A DNA stretch of 64,000 bases from Chloroflexota bacterium (lineage in GTDB: Bacteria; Chloroflexota; Dormibacteria; Dormibacterales; Dormibacteraceae), in NCBI GenBank assembly GCA_005888075.1, contig VBKD01000174.1:2057-66056 (forward strand), in the 5' to 3' direction. Every line of letters starts with the position of its first letter. Positions within the stretch are counted from its first letter, which is position 1. This document shows positions 17,564 to 26,649 of the stretch, piece by piece. The notes below the pieces were generated by a model. That model did not search any database. It was not told the DNA's origin and saw only the letters and a list, made by a program, of their open reading frames with translations. The position numbers and the translations under genes are program-made.

Positions 17564-18244
17564 GTGTCCATCAGGTGGAAAGTCGCCCTGGTGGAGGACG
17601 ACCGGCGCCTGGCGCGGGCCGTCTCAGCAGGGTTAGGAGAGGAAGGTTTCACAGTCCGGGCGGTAGACACGGCCCGCCGCGGACTTGATTTGGTGCGCCA
17701 ATGGAATCCCGACGTCGTGCTGGTCGACCTGATGCTGCCCGACAACGACGGGCCCGAGATCTTCGAAACGCTCAGGGGTGAGACCGACGCCGCCATCGTT
17801 GGGATCAGCGCCAGGGCGTCAGTGAGCGACCGGATCGCGGGTTTGAAGGCGGGCGCGGACGACTACCTCGCCAAGCCCTTCGCGCTCGATGAGCTCGTGG
17901 CCCGGGTCGAAGCGGTCATCCGCCGCCATCGCGGCAAAGGCGGTTCGCGGCTCGAGGCTGGCGATGTGGTCGTGGACTTGAGCGAGGGCCTGGCGGCGCG
18001 GGGCGGTGTGCAGCTTGGCTTGACCGGGATCGAGTTCCGCATCCTCGCCGGGCTCATGAGGAACCGTGGTCAGCTCGTGACCTATGCGCAGCTCGCTGAG
18101 GCGGTGTGGGCGGTGACCACGGGGCCAGAGTCCAATTCGCTCGAGGTCCACATCTCCCGCATTCGTCAGAAGCTCGAAGCGGGCGGGAGGTCGAGATTGA
18201 TCCAGACTGTCCGCGGGCTCGGTTACAAGTTCAAGCTGGAGTAG
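17564..18244 (+). CDS. OmpR/PhoB-family response regulator
   Basis: This is the 3' part of ORF 17174..18244. Receiver domain: KVALVEDD...VLVDLMLPDNDG...DDYLAKPF. Winged-helix domain: LTGIEFRILAGLM...LEVHISRIRQKL...VRGLGYKF. The GTG at 17564 is my start guess. Confidence 0.8.
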   Translation: MSIRWKVALVEDDRRLARAVSAGLGEEGFTVRAVDTARRGLDLVRQWNPDVVLVDLMLPDNDGPEIFETLRGETDAAIVGISARASVSDRIAGLKAGADDYLAKPFALDELVARVEAVIRRHRGKGGSRLEAGDVVVDLSEGLAARGGVQLGLTGIEFRILAGLMRNRGQLVTYAQLAEAVWAVTTGPESNSLEVHISRIRQKLEAGGRSRLIQTVRGLGYKFKLE

Positions 18245-18245
18245 C

Positions 18246-19601
18246 TTGGACCAGCGGGTCTCGAGAGTGAGCCGGCCGCTGCGAGCGCTCATCGTCGCCG
18301 TCCCCGCCACGGGCGTGATCCTCACCGCCGCTGCTGCCGCGGCAGGAGGCTTTACCCCGGTGCAGCCGTGGCGTTGGCTGCTCATCCCGGTCTGTTTGGG
18401 CGGGGTTTTGATCGCGGAGAAGTTTCCGGTCAAGATAGGACTCGAGCAGGAGGTGACTCTCGGCGCGCTCCCATGCCTGGTGGCGGTCCTGCTGCTCCCG
18501 GCCGGCGTCGGCCCGGCCACGGCGGGGTTGAGCGTGCTGGCCGGCGGCTGGCTGATGCGCCGGCCGTGGCGCGATGCTGTTTACAACGCCGGCAATATGC
18601 TCGTGTCGTCGGCGCCCGTGGCGCTCATCGGGCCGGTCCCCCCAGACCCGGAGGCCGAGCTGGACTTCATGGCCACGGTACAGGGGGCCCTGTTCATCCT
18701 GCTGAACCTCGGCGTTGGCGTCGTGCCCGTGGCTCTGCGCACCGGTCGTTCGTACTGGTCGGTGCTGAAGCAGACAGCCGGGATGATCTGGCCGGCCTCT
18801 GTCGCGCTGGGTGCCTGTGCCGTGAGCATGGCCATGCTGGCGGTTGATTCTCCGGCCGCCGCGCCGCTGCCGCTCATCGTCCTGCCGCTGATCTATCGGA
18901 TGAACCTCGCGATCGAGGCCCACGCCAAGTCCAACGAGCAGCTAGCCGGTGTGCTCGCAGCGCAGCGCCGCTTCCTGACCGATGTCTCGCACCAGGTGGC
19001 GACACCGCTCGCGACGATCATGACCAACCTGACCATGCTCAGCCGCGCGACGCGTGGAGAGTCGGCGCAGGAGGCTGTGGCGGACAGCGTGGCCGAGGCC
19101 GAGCGCATGAAGCGGATGCTTGGCAGGCTTCGGGCGCTCGCCCACTCGGATGAGGACGTGCCGTTGCGTCGCGAGCTCGTCGATCTGGCCGAGCTCACCG
19201 CCGACGTCGTGCGCGCCTATGCGGCGCAGGCCGGCACGTCAGGCGTGGCTTTGGTCACCGAGGTCAACGCTCACCCCCGGATAAGAGCCGACAAAGACCT
19301 CCTGCGCGAGGCGGTCGCCAACCTGGTCGACAACGCCCTCCGCCACAGCCCGCGAGGGGGGCGCGTGAGGTTGCGGGTCGATCGCGGTTCGTCCGGACCG
19401 ACGATCACGGTCACCGACAGCGGACCGGGGATCGATGAGGACCGCCTGTCGCACCTTTTCGAGCGATTTCAGCGAAGTGAGTCGGGCAGTGGCCTGGGCC
19501 TGGCCATAGTGCGCCGCGTCGTAGAGCGTCACGGCGGCACCATCCAAGTGCAGAGTCAGCGCGGCGAGGGCAGCGCGTTCACCATCGAGCTGCCGGGCTG
19601 A
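18246..19601 (+). CDS. Sensor histidine kinase with a polytopic membrane sensor domain
   Basis: 451-aa ORF starting at a TTG 2 nt after the RR stop. It has ~6 TM segments, then the H-box FLTDVSHQVATPLATI, N-box NLVDNALRHS and G-boxes DSGPGI / GSGLGLAIV. Confidence 0.85.
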   Translation: MDQRVSRVSRPLRALIVAVPATGVILTAAAAAAGGFTPVQPWRWLLIPVCLGGVLIAEKFPVKIGLEQEVTLGALPCLVAVLLLPAGVGPATAGLSVLAGGWLMRRPWRDAVYNAGNMLVSSAPVALIGPVPPDPEAELDFMATVQGALFILLNLGVGVVPVALRTGRSYWSVLKQTAGMIWPASVALGACAVSMAMLAVDSPAAAPLPLIVLPLIYRMNLAIEAHAKSNEQLAGVLAAQRRFLTDVSHQVATPLATIMTNLTMLSRATRGESAQEAVADSVAEAERMKRMLGRLRALAHSDEDVPLRRELVDLAELTADVVRAYAAQAGTSGVALVTEVNAHPRIRADKDLLREAVANLVDNALRHSPRGGRVRLRVDRGSSGPTITVTDSGPGIDEDRLSHLFERFQRSESGSGLGLAIVRRVVERHGGTIQVQSQRGEGSAFTIELPG

Positions 19602-19780
19602 CCCTCAGGGTCCTAGCGGACGAGTCCTCCGTCATACGGCTGCCCGGCCACCGCGTTCAGGCCGCAGACCCACTTGAACACCTGCTGTCCGTTGCCACCA
19701 CCGAGCACCGTCATTGAGCTTACTTTTCGCTTCGCAATGGCCTAGGAAACCCTTGCGCTCAGTTGATCTAACTTACGTCC

Positions 19781-21382
19781 GTGGCCATGATCGTTTGCCC
19801 TCAGCCGCAAGCCGCCGAGATTGCTCTTGACGTCATGCGCCGAGGTGGCAATGCGGTCGACGCGGCGATCACATGTGCATTCGTGCAGGGCGTGATCGAT
19901 CCGCAGATGTGTGGCATCGGCGGATGCGGAGTAATGCTCGTTCACAGCCCGACCAATGGCGACGCGCTGGTCGAGTTCTACTCCACCGCGGGCTCGCGGG
20001 CACGAGAGAATCAGTGGGAGCGGGTGTTCATCCGCGAAGCGGCGGATCGCTATGGCTATGTGCTCGAAGGCTGGGTCAACGACGTTGGCTATCAGTCCAT
20101 CGGCGTTCCGGGCACCGTTGCTGGACTCTATGAGGCGCTGACCAGGTTCGGCACCATTTCATGGGACCAGGCGATCGCGCCCGCGATCCCGCTCGCGCGG
20201 GACGGGTTTCCGGTCAGCGGCTACATGCACGGCTACTGGACCGCCGACTACGGGCCCGATGTCGTGCCCAACAGCCGGCGCATCCAGGCAACTCCTGAGG
20301 CGAAAGCGATCTACACGCACGATGGCAGGCTCTATGCAATCGGCGAGCTCATGGTCCAGGCGGACTACGCCCGCACGCTCGAGAGGCTGGCCGCGGAGGG
20401 GCCTGATGTCTTTTACAAAGGCGAGATCGCCGACACCATGGCGGCCGACTTCGAGGCCAATGGCGGATACGTGACCAAGGACGATCTGGAGGGCTACCGG
20501 GTCAATGTGACCGAGCCACTGCGCGGTTCCTATCGGAACTTGCAGATCGCCTCGGCGGGCCCGCCCGCCGGCGGCGTGACCCTGTTGCAGATGTTGAATT
20601 TCCTCGAGGGCTACGACCTGGGGACTCAGGGCTGGCCGAGCACGGAGGCGGCCCGGCTGCGGGTGGAGGCGATGGCGTGGGCCGTCGCCGATCGTGAGCT
20701 GCACATCGCCGATCCGCGGTTCGTCGAGATCCCCACAGGCGCGCTTGCCGACAAGCAGTACGCGGCAAAAGCCAGACAGATTGTCTCCACGGCGGCTGGT
20801 CGCGGACTTGCTCACGACAGGCCTGAAACATCGCAGGTATGCGTTGTCGATGATGTGGGCAACGCGGTGTCATTGACGCACACGCTTGGTTCGGCCAGCG
20901 GTGTGGTGACGCCTGGCCTTGGCTTTGGCTACAACGACTACATGAACTGCTTTGACCCCCGGCCCGGACGGCCCAACTCCGTCCAGCCCGGCAAGACACG
21001 CGTCACGATGATGACTCCGACGATGGTGTTCGATCGCGGCAGGCTGCACATTTGCGTGGGGGCGCCCGGCGGGACGAAAATCGTCACCGGAATTCTCCAG
21101 ACCCTGGTGAACGTCATCGATCACGATATGTCGCCGGTCGAGGCGGTCAGCGCGCCGCGCATCGACTTCCAGGGTGCGACGGTGCAGGCGGAGGGCCGGA
21201 TACCGCGCTCTGTCTGCGAAGGCTTGGAGAGGCTGGGTTACGAGGTCAACCGCCGGACCCTTAACTACGATTCATACTTCGCACGTCCGCAGCTCATCGT
21301 GCGGGACCGCGACGGCCACCTGCGTGGGGCGTCGGATCCTCGAAAGGACGGGGGCGTGGCTTTGGACACTGAGAGAGCTTGA
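19781..21382 (+). CDS. ggt: Gamma-glutamyltranspeptidase
   Basis: 533-aa ORF with DAAITCAFVQGVIDPQMCGIGG, the nucleophile region ETSQVCVVDDVGNAVSLTHTLG, and GAPGGTKIVT. Confidence 0.9.
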   Translation: MAMIVCPQPQAAEIALDVMRRGGNAVDAAITCAFVQGVIDPQMCGIGGCGVMLVHSPTNGDALVEFYSTAGSRARENQWERVFIREAADRYGYVLEGWVNDVGYQSIGVPGTVAGLYEALTRFGTISWDQAIAPAIPLARDGFPVSGYMHGYWTADYGPDVVPNSRRIQATPEAKAIYTHDGRLYAIGELMVQADYARTLERLAAEGPDVFYKGEIADTMAADFEANGGYVTKDDLEGYRVNVTEPLRGSYRNLQIASAGPPAGGVTLLQMLNFLEGYDLGTQGWPSTEAARLRVEAMAWAVADRELHIADPRFVEIPTGALADKQYAAKARQIVSTAAGRGLAHDRPETSQVCVVDDVGNAVSLTHTLGSASGVVTPGLGFGYNDYMNCFDPRPGRPNSVQPGKTRVTMMTPTMVFDRGRLHICVGAPGGTKIVTGILQTLVNVIDHDMSPVEAVSAPRIDFQGATVQAEGRIPRSVCEGLERLGYEVNRRTLNYDSYFARPQLIVRDRDGHLRGASDPRKDGGVALDTERA

Positions 21383-22116
21383 GTTTCAAGAACAAGGTCG
21401 CCCTGATCACCGGTGGCGGTCGCGGCATAGGAGCAGCGACAGCTCAGCTGTTTGCCGCCCAGGGAGCCAGGGTTGCCGTGTCGGATATGGACATCGCGCC
21501 GGCCGAAGAGGTGGCCGGGCCAATCAAGGGCTTGGCCGTCGCGTGTGATGTCACGAACCGCGAGCAGGTCGAGGGCTTGGTGGCGCGCACCGTGAGCGAG
21601 CTTGGGCGGCTGGACGTGCTGGTGTGCTGTGCCGGCATCACGCGAGACAACCTTCTCTTCAAGATGACCGACGAAGACTGGGACTCCGTGATCGACACAC
21701 ACCTCAAGGGCACGTTCCTGTGCGCACGTGCGGCACAAAAGCCGATGGTCGAGCAGAAATACGGAAAGATGGTGTTTCTCTCGTCGACGTCAGCCCTGGG
21801 CAATCGCGGACAGACGAACTACTCAGCCGCGAAAGCAGGGCTTCAGGCCATGGCACGCACGCTGGCCATCGAGCTCGGACCCTTCAACGTCAATGTCAAC
21901 GCGGTCGCGCCCGGCTTCATCGAGACTCGCATGACGCGGGCGACCGCCGAACGCCTAGGCGTGGATTTCGAGGCCTTCAAGGTGGGCGCCGCGTCACAGA
22001 TTCCGCTGCGGCGCGTCGGACAGCCGGAGGACGTGGCGAACGTGATCGGTTTTCTGTGCTCCGACGAGGCGGGATTCGTCTCGGGACAGACCCTTTACGT
22101 GCGAGGGGGGCCGTAG
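21379..22116 (+). CDS. fabG: 3-oxoacyl-ACP reductase-like short-chain dehydrogenase
   Basis: 245-aa ORF with a TTGA overlap to ggt. Motifs TGGGRGIG, NAG-like CCAGI and YSAAK (catalytic YxxxK). It closely matches the FabG pattern throughout. Confidence 0.85.
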   Translation: MSFKNKVALITGGGRGIGAATAQLFAAQGARVAVSDMDIAPAEEVAGPIKGLAVACDVTNREQVEGLVARTVSELGRLDVLVCCAGITRDNLLFKMTDEDWDSVIDTHLKGTFLCARAAQKPMVEQKYGKMVFLSSTSALGNRGQTNYSAAKAGLQAMARTLAIELGPFNVNVNAVAPGFIETRMTRATAERLGVDFEAFKVGAASQIPLRRVGQPEDVANVIGFLCSDEAGFVSGQTLYVRGGP

Positions 22117-22390
22117 CTCTCTCTCCCTGACTGCGGGACCGGCCGGATGGGCACCGCCTCGCGCGCGTCTCTTATCTATGCGGCCCGGCGGAGGCGCAGC
22201 AAGGAGGGGGGTCGCCCAGCGTTGAACAGCTTTATGAATCGGCTACTGGGCCAAGTCAGGCGACGGTTGAGCAGGCGAACTGCTGTTCGCCGGATCACCC
22301 TTCGGCGCTCGGATCCTCGAGTTCAGATCGAGTTCGGGCGATGGGCTGGTCCCCTGCCTGTCCCGGCCCGGGTGGGAACCCCCAGGGTTG

Positions 22391-22528
22391 ACTCGCCCGC
22401 ACAGCGTCTGTTAGGGTGACCCGGTTCTCTGGGGGATCCGGCCACCGCGGGGCGGATTCACGAACTTTTAGGGGTAGGCATTGCGAATTAATCGTTACCT
22501 GACCCATGCCGTCGTGCTCGGAATAGCG
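22391..22528 (+). promoter_or_regulatory. Candidate cyclic-di-AMP (ydaO/kimA-type) riboswitch in the 5' leader of the LysM-CHAP gene
   Basis: Four blocks occur in the same order as the B. subtilis ydaO element recalled from memory. ACAG-CGU-CUGU hairpin + UAGGGUGACCC matches UCUGA-AA-UCAGA + GCGGGGGACCCA. GGGGCGGAUUCAC matches GGGGUGAAUCC. UUUUAGGGGUAGGCA matches UUUUUAGGUAGGGCGA. UUACCUGACCC..GCCGUC matches UUACCCGAACCCGUC. The downstream gene class (cell-wall hydrolase) is the classical actinobacterial target. I could not close P1 by hand. Confidence 0.45.
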
Positions 22529-23437
22529 GTCGCAATGTCTAGTTATGCATCGGTTGACCGCCAATTTCCGACCTATTTGACGGCAAGGCTTGGAGCAGTC
22601 AACGCGGAAGCCGTCGTCGCCTCGGGTGGCGGCACGTTCGGCGACATCTCGCTTGGCCGCTACAGCACGATCATCAAGCCCCTGTCGATCCCGACCTCCG
22701 CGCCGGTCAACCACAAGCCGTTCAGCTACACGGTCGCGGCGGGTGAGAACCTCGGCGCCATCGCATCCAAGTTCCACGTGAGCGTCGCCGAGATCCGGTG
22801 GTCGAACACCAACCTCATCTCTAGCGACTCTGTCGCGACCGGCGACCAGATCACCATTCCGCCTGTGCACGGCATCGTCGTCACCGCCAAGGCGAGTGAC
22901 ACGGTTGAGGGCCTGGGCGGCAAGTACCAGGTCGATCCGCAGGTCATCATCGACTTCAACCGCCTGCGAAGCTCGCAGGTTCCGGCGGGAACCGTTCTCG
23001 TCATTCCTGGCGGAGTCGGCGGCGCGTTTCCTCCGCCTCCCGCGCTTTACCAGCTGCTTGGGCGCACAGGCACCTCGGTCGCCTACTCGGTCCGGGTGGT
23101 CGGATGCTGCCTCGGTCCGTACGTCAACAACAAGTTCCCGGCCGGCTGGTGCACCTACTACGTCGCGACCAAGCGCAACGTGACGTGGAACGGCGACGCC
23201 GGTTACTGGTACGCCAACGCGTCAGCGCAGGGCTACCCGGTGGGCCCCACCCCGAAGGTCGGCTCGATCATGGTGACCTGGGAGAGCTGGGCGGGCCACG
23301 TGGCGTACGTCGAGGCGGTCAATCCGGATGGGTCGTGGACCGTCTCCGAGATGAACTGGGTCGCGTTCAACGTCATCGACGAGCGCACCATCAAACCGGG
23401 CCAGCTTGGTCAGAAGCTGGTGGGGTTCATCTACTAG
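22481..23437 (+). CDS. Secreted peptidoglycan hydrolase with two LysM domains and a C-terminal CHAP amidase/peptidase domain
   Basis: 318-aa ORF. LysM: YTVAAGENLGAIASKFHVSVAEIRWSN and VVTAKASDTVEGLGGKYQVDPQVIIDFN. CHAP: GWCTYYVATKR...GSIMVTWESWAGHVAYVEAV. The TTG start at 22481 gives a signal-like N-terminus. The alternative ATG at 22535 would apply if the riboswitch call is right. Confidence 0.85.
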   Translation: MRINRYLTHAVVLGIAVAMSSYASVDRQFPTYLTARLGAVNAEAVVASGGGTFGDISLGRYSTIIKPLSIPTSAPVNHKPFSYTVAAGENLGAIASKFHVSVAEIRWSNTNLISSDSVATGDQITIPPVHGIVVTAKASDTVEGLGGKYQVDPQVIIDFNRLRSSQVPAGTVLVIPGGVGGAFPPPPALYQLLGRTGTSVAYSVRVVGCCLGPYVNNKFPAGWCTYYVATKRNVTWNGDAGYWYANASAQGYPVGPTPKVGSIMVTWESWAGHVAYVEAVNPDGSWTVSEMNWVAFNVIDERTIKPGQLGQKLVGFIY

Positions 23438-24744
23438 GCAGGAACCGGCTCGGGCTCCCGCGCCGCCCACTCGTCTTCCATCGCCTGCACGTCACGCTTG
23501 ACCGTTCGCAACCCGGTCGCCGCGACCACGGCCGCCAGGATGAGAAGCGTGGGCGAGGTGATCAAGAGCGCGGCCTGAAGGTTGTGGCCGAGGCGGTCCG
23601 ATAGGAAGCCCACGTCGAAGGTCGAGTGCGAGTCCCCGAACACGTGGGACACGAACAGCAGCATCGTGACCGCGCTCGCCCGCAGCGCGGGCGAGACGAC
23701 GTTCTGTGAGACAGCGGTGAACGGACCTGAGTAGAGGTACAGGCAGACCACCGTCACAAGAAAGACAGGGATGAAGACGGGGATCGGGCCGACGTTCAGC
23801 GGCGCGAGAAGGGCGATCGTGATGAGAATCGCGCCCAGCAGAAAGCCGGCGATGCCGACCTCGAGGTGTGCAGCCGAGGACGTGCGTGCACGCCGATCGG
23901 CGAGCCAACCGCCGGCGAGGGTGCCGATGAGGCCGCCCACAACGATCACAACGCCCGCCACCAGCCCGGCTTCCTTGACCGACATGTTGAATCTGCGGTT
24001 CAGCACGAACGGCAGCCAAAAGGCATTCGACGCGAGGACGAAGTAGAGGAGCGTCTGGGAGATGATCGTCGCCCGCAGTGTTGGAATGCGCATCAGGTCG
24101 AGGAACTTCCGAAAGCTTGCCTCCGCGGTTTTAGCCAGCGCCGGGCCTCGCCTCTCGGCGCTGCCGCGCAGCGGCTCGCGCAGCCCGAACGCCAGGAGGG
24201 CAAAGAGCAGGCCCGGAATCGCGGCGAAGTAGAAGGCCGCTCGCCAGCCGAAGGCGTCGGCGATGAAGCCGCCGCCGGCGAAACCGATCGCGATGCCTAA
24301 CGTGCTGCCCGCCCCCCAGACAGACATGGCCCGCGCGCGCTGCTCCTTGGGGAAGTAGTCCGACAGCAAGGACGTCCCGGCGGGGTAGTAGCTGGCCTCG
24401 CCTATGCCGACCGCCGCCCTGCCGAGGAAGAGCTGAAGGAAATTGCGGGCGAAGCCGCTGAATAGGGTGGCGATGCTCCAGATCGCCACGCCTACGCCGA
24501 TCACGACGCGCCTGGCTCCACGGTCGCCCCAATAGCCGAACGGGAGCGCGGCGATGGCGTAGACGAGGAGGAACGCCGTCCCCAAAAGGCCGAACTGGGC
24601 GTCGTTGATGTTGAGGTCGCGCTGGATGAGGGGGCCGGCCGACGAAGCGACCCAACGATCCATGTAGTTCAGGAGGTTGATGCCAACCATCACGGCGAGC
24701 ACGTAACGTGAGTAGCGTCGTGCCAACTGAGGAATTATGCGCAT
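23434..24744 (-). CDS. MFS transporter (Spinster-like subgroup)
   Basis: ORF 23434..24756. The ATG at 24744 gives MRIIPQLARRYSRYVLAVMVGINLLNYMDR. It has 12 TM segments and GYWGDRGARRVVIG (motif A). Confidence 0.85.
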   Translation of the reverse strand: MRIIPQLARRYSRYVLAVMVGINLLNYMDRWVASSAGPLIQRDLNINDAQFGLLGTAFLLVYAIAALPFGYWGDRGARRVVIGVGVAIWSIATLFSGFARNFLQLFLGRAAVGIGEASYYPAGTSLLSDYFPKEQRARAMSVWGAGSTLGIAIGFAGGGFIADAFGWRAAFYFAAIPGLLFALLAFGLREPLRGSAERRGPALAKTAEASFRKFLDLMRIPTLRATIISQTLLYFVLASNAFWLPFVLNRRFNMSVKEAGLVAGVVIVVGGLIGTLAGGWLADRRARTSSAAHLEVGIAGFLLGAILITIALLAPLNVGPIPVFIPVFLVTVVCLYLYSGPFTAVSQNVVSPALRASAVTMLLFVSHVFGDSHSTFDVGFLSDRLGHNLQAALLITSPTLLILAAVVAATGLRTVKRDVQAMEDEWAAREPEPVPA

Positions 24745-24796
24745 CGGGCCGGGCAAGGCCCAGGGCCGGATTGCGTACGATTACGTCTCGCCAAGT

Positions 24797-24879
24797 GGGT
24801 CGGCTGGGCATTGGCGAGCTCAAGTGGCTGTAAACCACCCGCGAAAGCTGTGGGGGTTCAAATCCCTCCCGGCCCACCA
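24797..24879 (+). tRNA. tRNA-Tyr (anticodon GTA), CCA encoded
   Basis: Hand fold: acceptor GGGTCGG/CCGGCCC (one U-G pair), D-arm GGGC-ATTGGCGA-GCTC, anticodon arm AGTGG-CTGTAAA-CCACC, 12-nt variable region CGCGAAAGCTGT, T-arm GGGGG-TTCAAAT-CCCTC, discriminator A + CCA. Position 8 reads C rather than the usual U. Confidence 0.8.
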
Positions 24880-25001
24880 CCCCGATCGCCAATCTGCAAA
24901 GACCTGGGGCAATTTGCGCTCATGCATGAGGACGAGCGACCCGGCGCTCAGCTAGGCGGTTGTGATCCGGGCCAGGTGGGCACGGATTAGACGCACGCGG
25001 G

Positions 25002-26615
25002 ATGGGCGAGAGCGCGAACGCCGTCTCCACCTGGACCCCACTGCGGATCGGCGTGTTCCGCACCATGTGGATCGCCGTGCTGGTCAGCAATATCGGGACC
25101 TGGATGCAGACGGTCGGCGCGCAGTGGCTCGTCGTGCACCTGCCCCACGCCGCGATCCTGGTCGCCCTGGTCCAGGCGGCGGACTACCTGCCCGATTCGC
25201 TTTTCGCCCTCGTCGGCGGCGCGCTCGCCGACGTATTCGACCGCCGGCGGCTGCTCATCGTCGTGCAGCTGTGCCTCACTGTCGTCGGCCTGGCGCTGAC
25301 CGTGCTGACATTCGTCGGGCTCATGCCGCCTCCTGTGCTGATCGTGTTCACCTTCGTCTTGGGCTTCTCGTCGGTGTTCTCGAATCCCGCTTATCAGTCG
25401 CTCGTGCCTGAGCTGGTGCCACGGAAGCAGCTGCGGGCCGCGTCCGCTCTCGGATCGATCAACATCAACCTGGCCCGCCTGATCGGTCCGGCGCTGGCCG
25501 GTGTCCTGATCGCGACGATTGGCGTGCCCGCAGTGTTCGCGCTGAACGCGCTGAGCTACCTGTTCTATGGCATCGTGGTCGCGGCGTGGCGACCGCCGCC
25601 GGGCGGCGCGAGAGAGCTTCCGGAGCCTTTTCTGTCCGCCATGGCCGCGGGCGGACGCTACATCCTCAACGCTCCTGTGGTGAAGCGGGTGCTGTTGCGC
25701 TCGACCCTCTTCCTGGTGCCGGCCAGCGTCCTGTGGACGCTGCTACCGCTGATCGCAACTCAACGGCTGCGACTTGGCGCTGACGGCTACGGGCTCCTGC
25801 TCGGCGCACTGGGCGCCGGTGCGGTCGCGGGCGCGCTTTTGCTGCCGCGGCTCAGGGAGCGTGTCTCGGCCAACGTCCTGATGCTTGCGGCGAGCGTGGC
25901 CTATGCGATCGTGCTGGTGCTCATCGTCTCAGTGTCGAACGCGCTCCTTGCCGTCATCGTGCTGCTGCCGGCGGGTGCGGCATGGATCGCGGTGCTGTCA
26001 GACGTCAACGCTGAGCTCCAGCTATTTCTGCCTGCGTGGGTCCGCGCCCGTGGCCTTTCGGTCTATCAGATGGTTCTGTTCACCGCCCAGGCCGTTGGCG
26101 CGCTGGTCTGGGGGGCGATCGCCGAGCCGTTGGGTGTGGCCCCTGCCTTCCTGATCGCCGCCGCCGCCATGGTCGCCGGCGTGGCGACCTTGGGCTTGTG
26201 GCCATTCATCGAAACATCCGGAATGAACCGGCGCACCATGGCGTACTGGCCCGAGCCACACCTGGTCTTCGAGCCAAAGTCGGACAGCAGGCCGGTCGTC
26301 GTCAAGATCGTGTACACGATCGCCCCTGAGAAGGAACATGCATTTTTGGAGGCGATGGCTCGCGTCCGCCTCTCGCGGCTGCGTACCGGAGCGACCCTGT
26401 GGGATCTCTACCGAGATGGTGAGGTGGCGCACAGCTTCGTGGAGATTTACACCATGCCCAACTGGGACGAGCATATGCGCCAGCACCGCCACCGGATGAC
26501 CGGCACCGATCGCGAATTCGAGGAACAGGCGAATGCGCTTTCCGACCCGCCACCGGATGTCTCGCACCTGATCTCGGTGGGCCACCTACCAGGGTCAGGA
26601 GTCTCGACGCCTTGA
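25002..26615 (+). CDS. MFS transporter (EntS / 'transmembrane secretion effector'-like) with a ~120-aa soluble C-terminal extension
   Basis: 537-aa ORF. N-terminal FRTMWIAVLVSNIGTWMQTVGAQWLV and 12 TM segments. The C-terminal VVKIVYTIAPEKEHAFLEAMARVR...FVEIYTMPNWDEHMRQH looks like a ferredoxin-like (ABM/Dabb-type) fold. Confidence 0.8.
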   Translation: MGESANAVSTWTPLRIGVFRTMWIAVLVSNIGTWMQTVGAQWLVVHLPHAAILVALVQAADYLPDSLFALVGGALADVFDRRRLLIVVQLCLTVVGLALTVLTFVGLMPPPVLIVFTFVLGFSSVFSNPAYQSLVPELVPRKQLRAASALGSININLARLIGPALAGVLIATIGVPAVFALNALSYLFYGIVVAAWRPPPGGARELPEPFLSAMAAGGRYILNAPVVKRVLLRSTLFLVPASVLWTLLPLIATQRLRLGADGYGLLLGALGAGAVAGALLLPRLRERVSANVLMLAASVAYAIVLVLIVSVSNALLAVIVLLPAGAAWIAVLSDVNAELQLFLPAWVRARGLSVYQMVLFTAQAVGALVWGAIAEPLGVAPAFLIAAAAMVAGVATLGLWPFIETSGMNRRTMAYWPEPHLVFEPKSDSRPVVVKIVYTIAPEKEHAFLEAMARVRLSRLRTGATLWDLYRDGEVAHSFVEIYTMPNWDEHMRQHRHRMTGTDREFEEQANALSDPPPDVSHLISVGHLPGSGVSTP

Positions 26616-26649
26616 GAGCGGACGCGCTCGTTATTGGCGGCCTGCAGAT

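Noticed and set aside
19614-19715. 33-codon minus-strand ORF (MTVLGGGNGQQVFKWVCGLNAVAGQPYDGGLVR) in the HK/ggt spacer, vaguely like a ricin-type lectin QxW repeat
   Set aside because: It is too short, has no SD, and the motif resemblance is weak. It cannot be supported as a gene or a remnant without a search.
22147-22419. 90-aa Arg-rich ORF in the fabG / LysM-CHAP spacer
   Set aside because: It has no SD, an extreme Arg content and no motif. The region is better explained as a structured 5' leader (the riboswitch candidate).
24763-24879. Apparent 117-nt tRNA-like RNA with a perfect GGGCCGG/CCGGCCC acceptor, extra hairpins, and possible tRNA-Sec / allo-tRNA-like 8/4 geometry
   Set aside because: A normal 83-nt class-II-like cloverleaf (tRNA-Tyr GTA) fits from 24797 with acceptor GGGTCGG. 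The longer fold needs a ~30-nt insertion in the D region and has no UCA anticodon. I kept it only as a note on leader complementarity.
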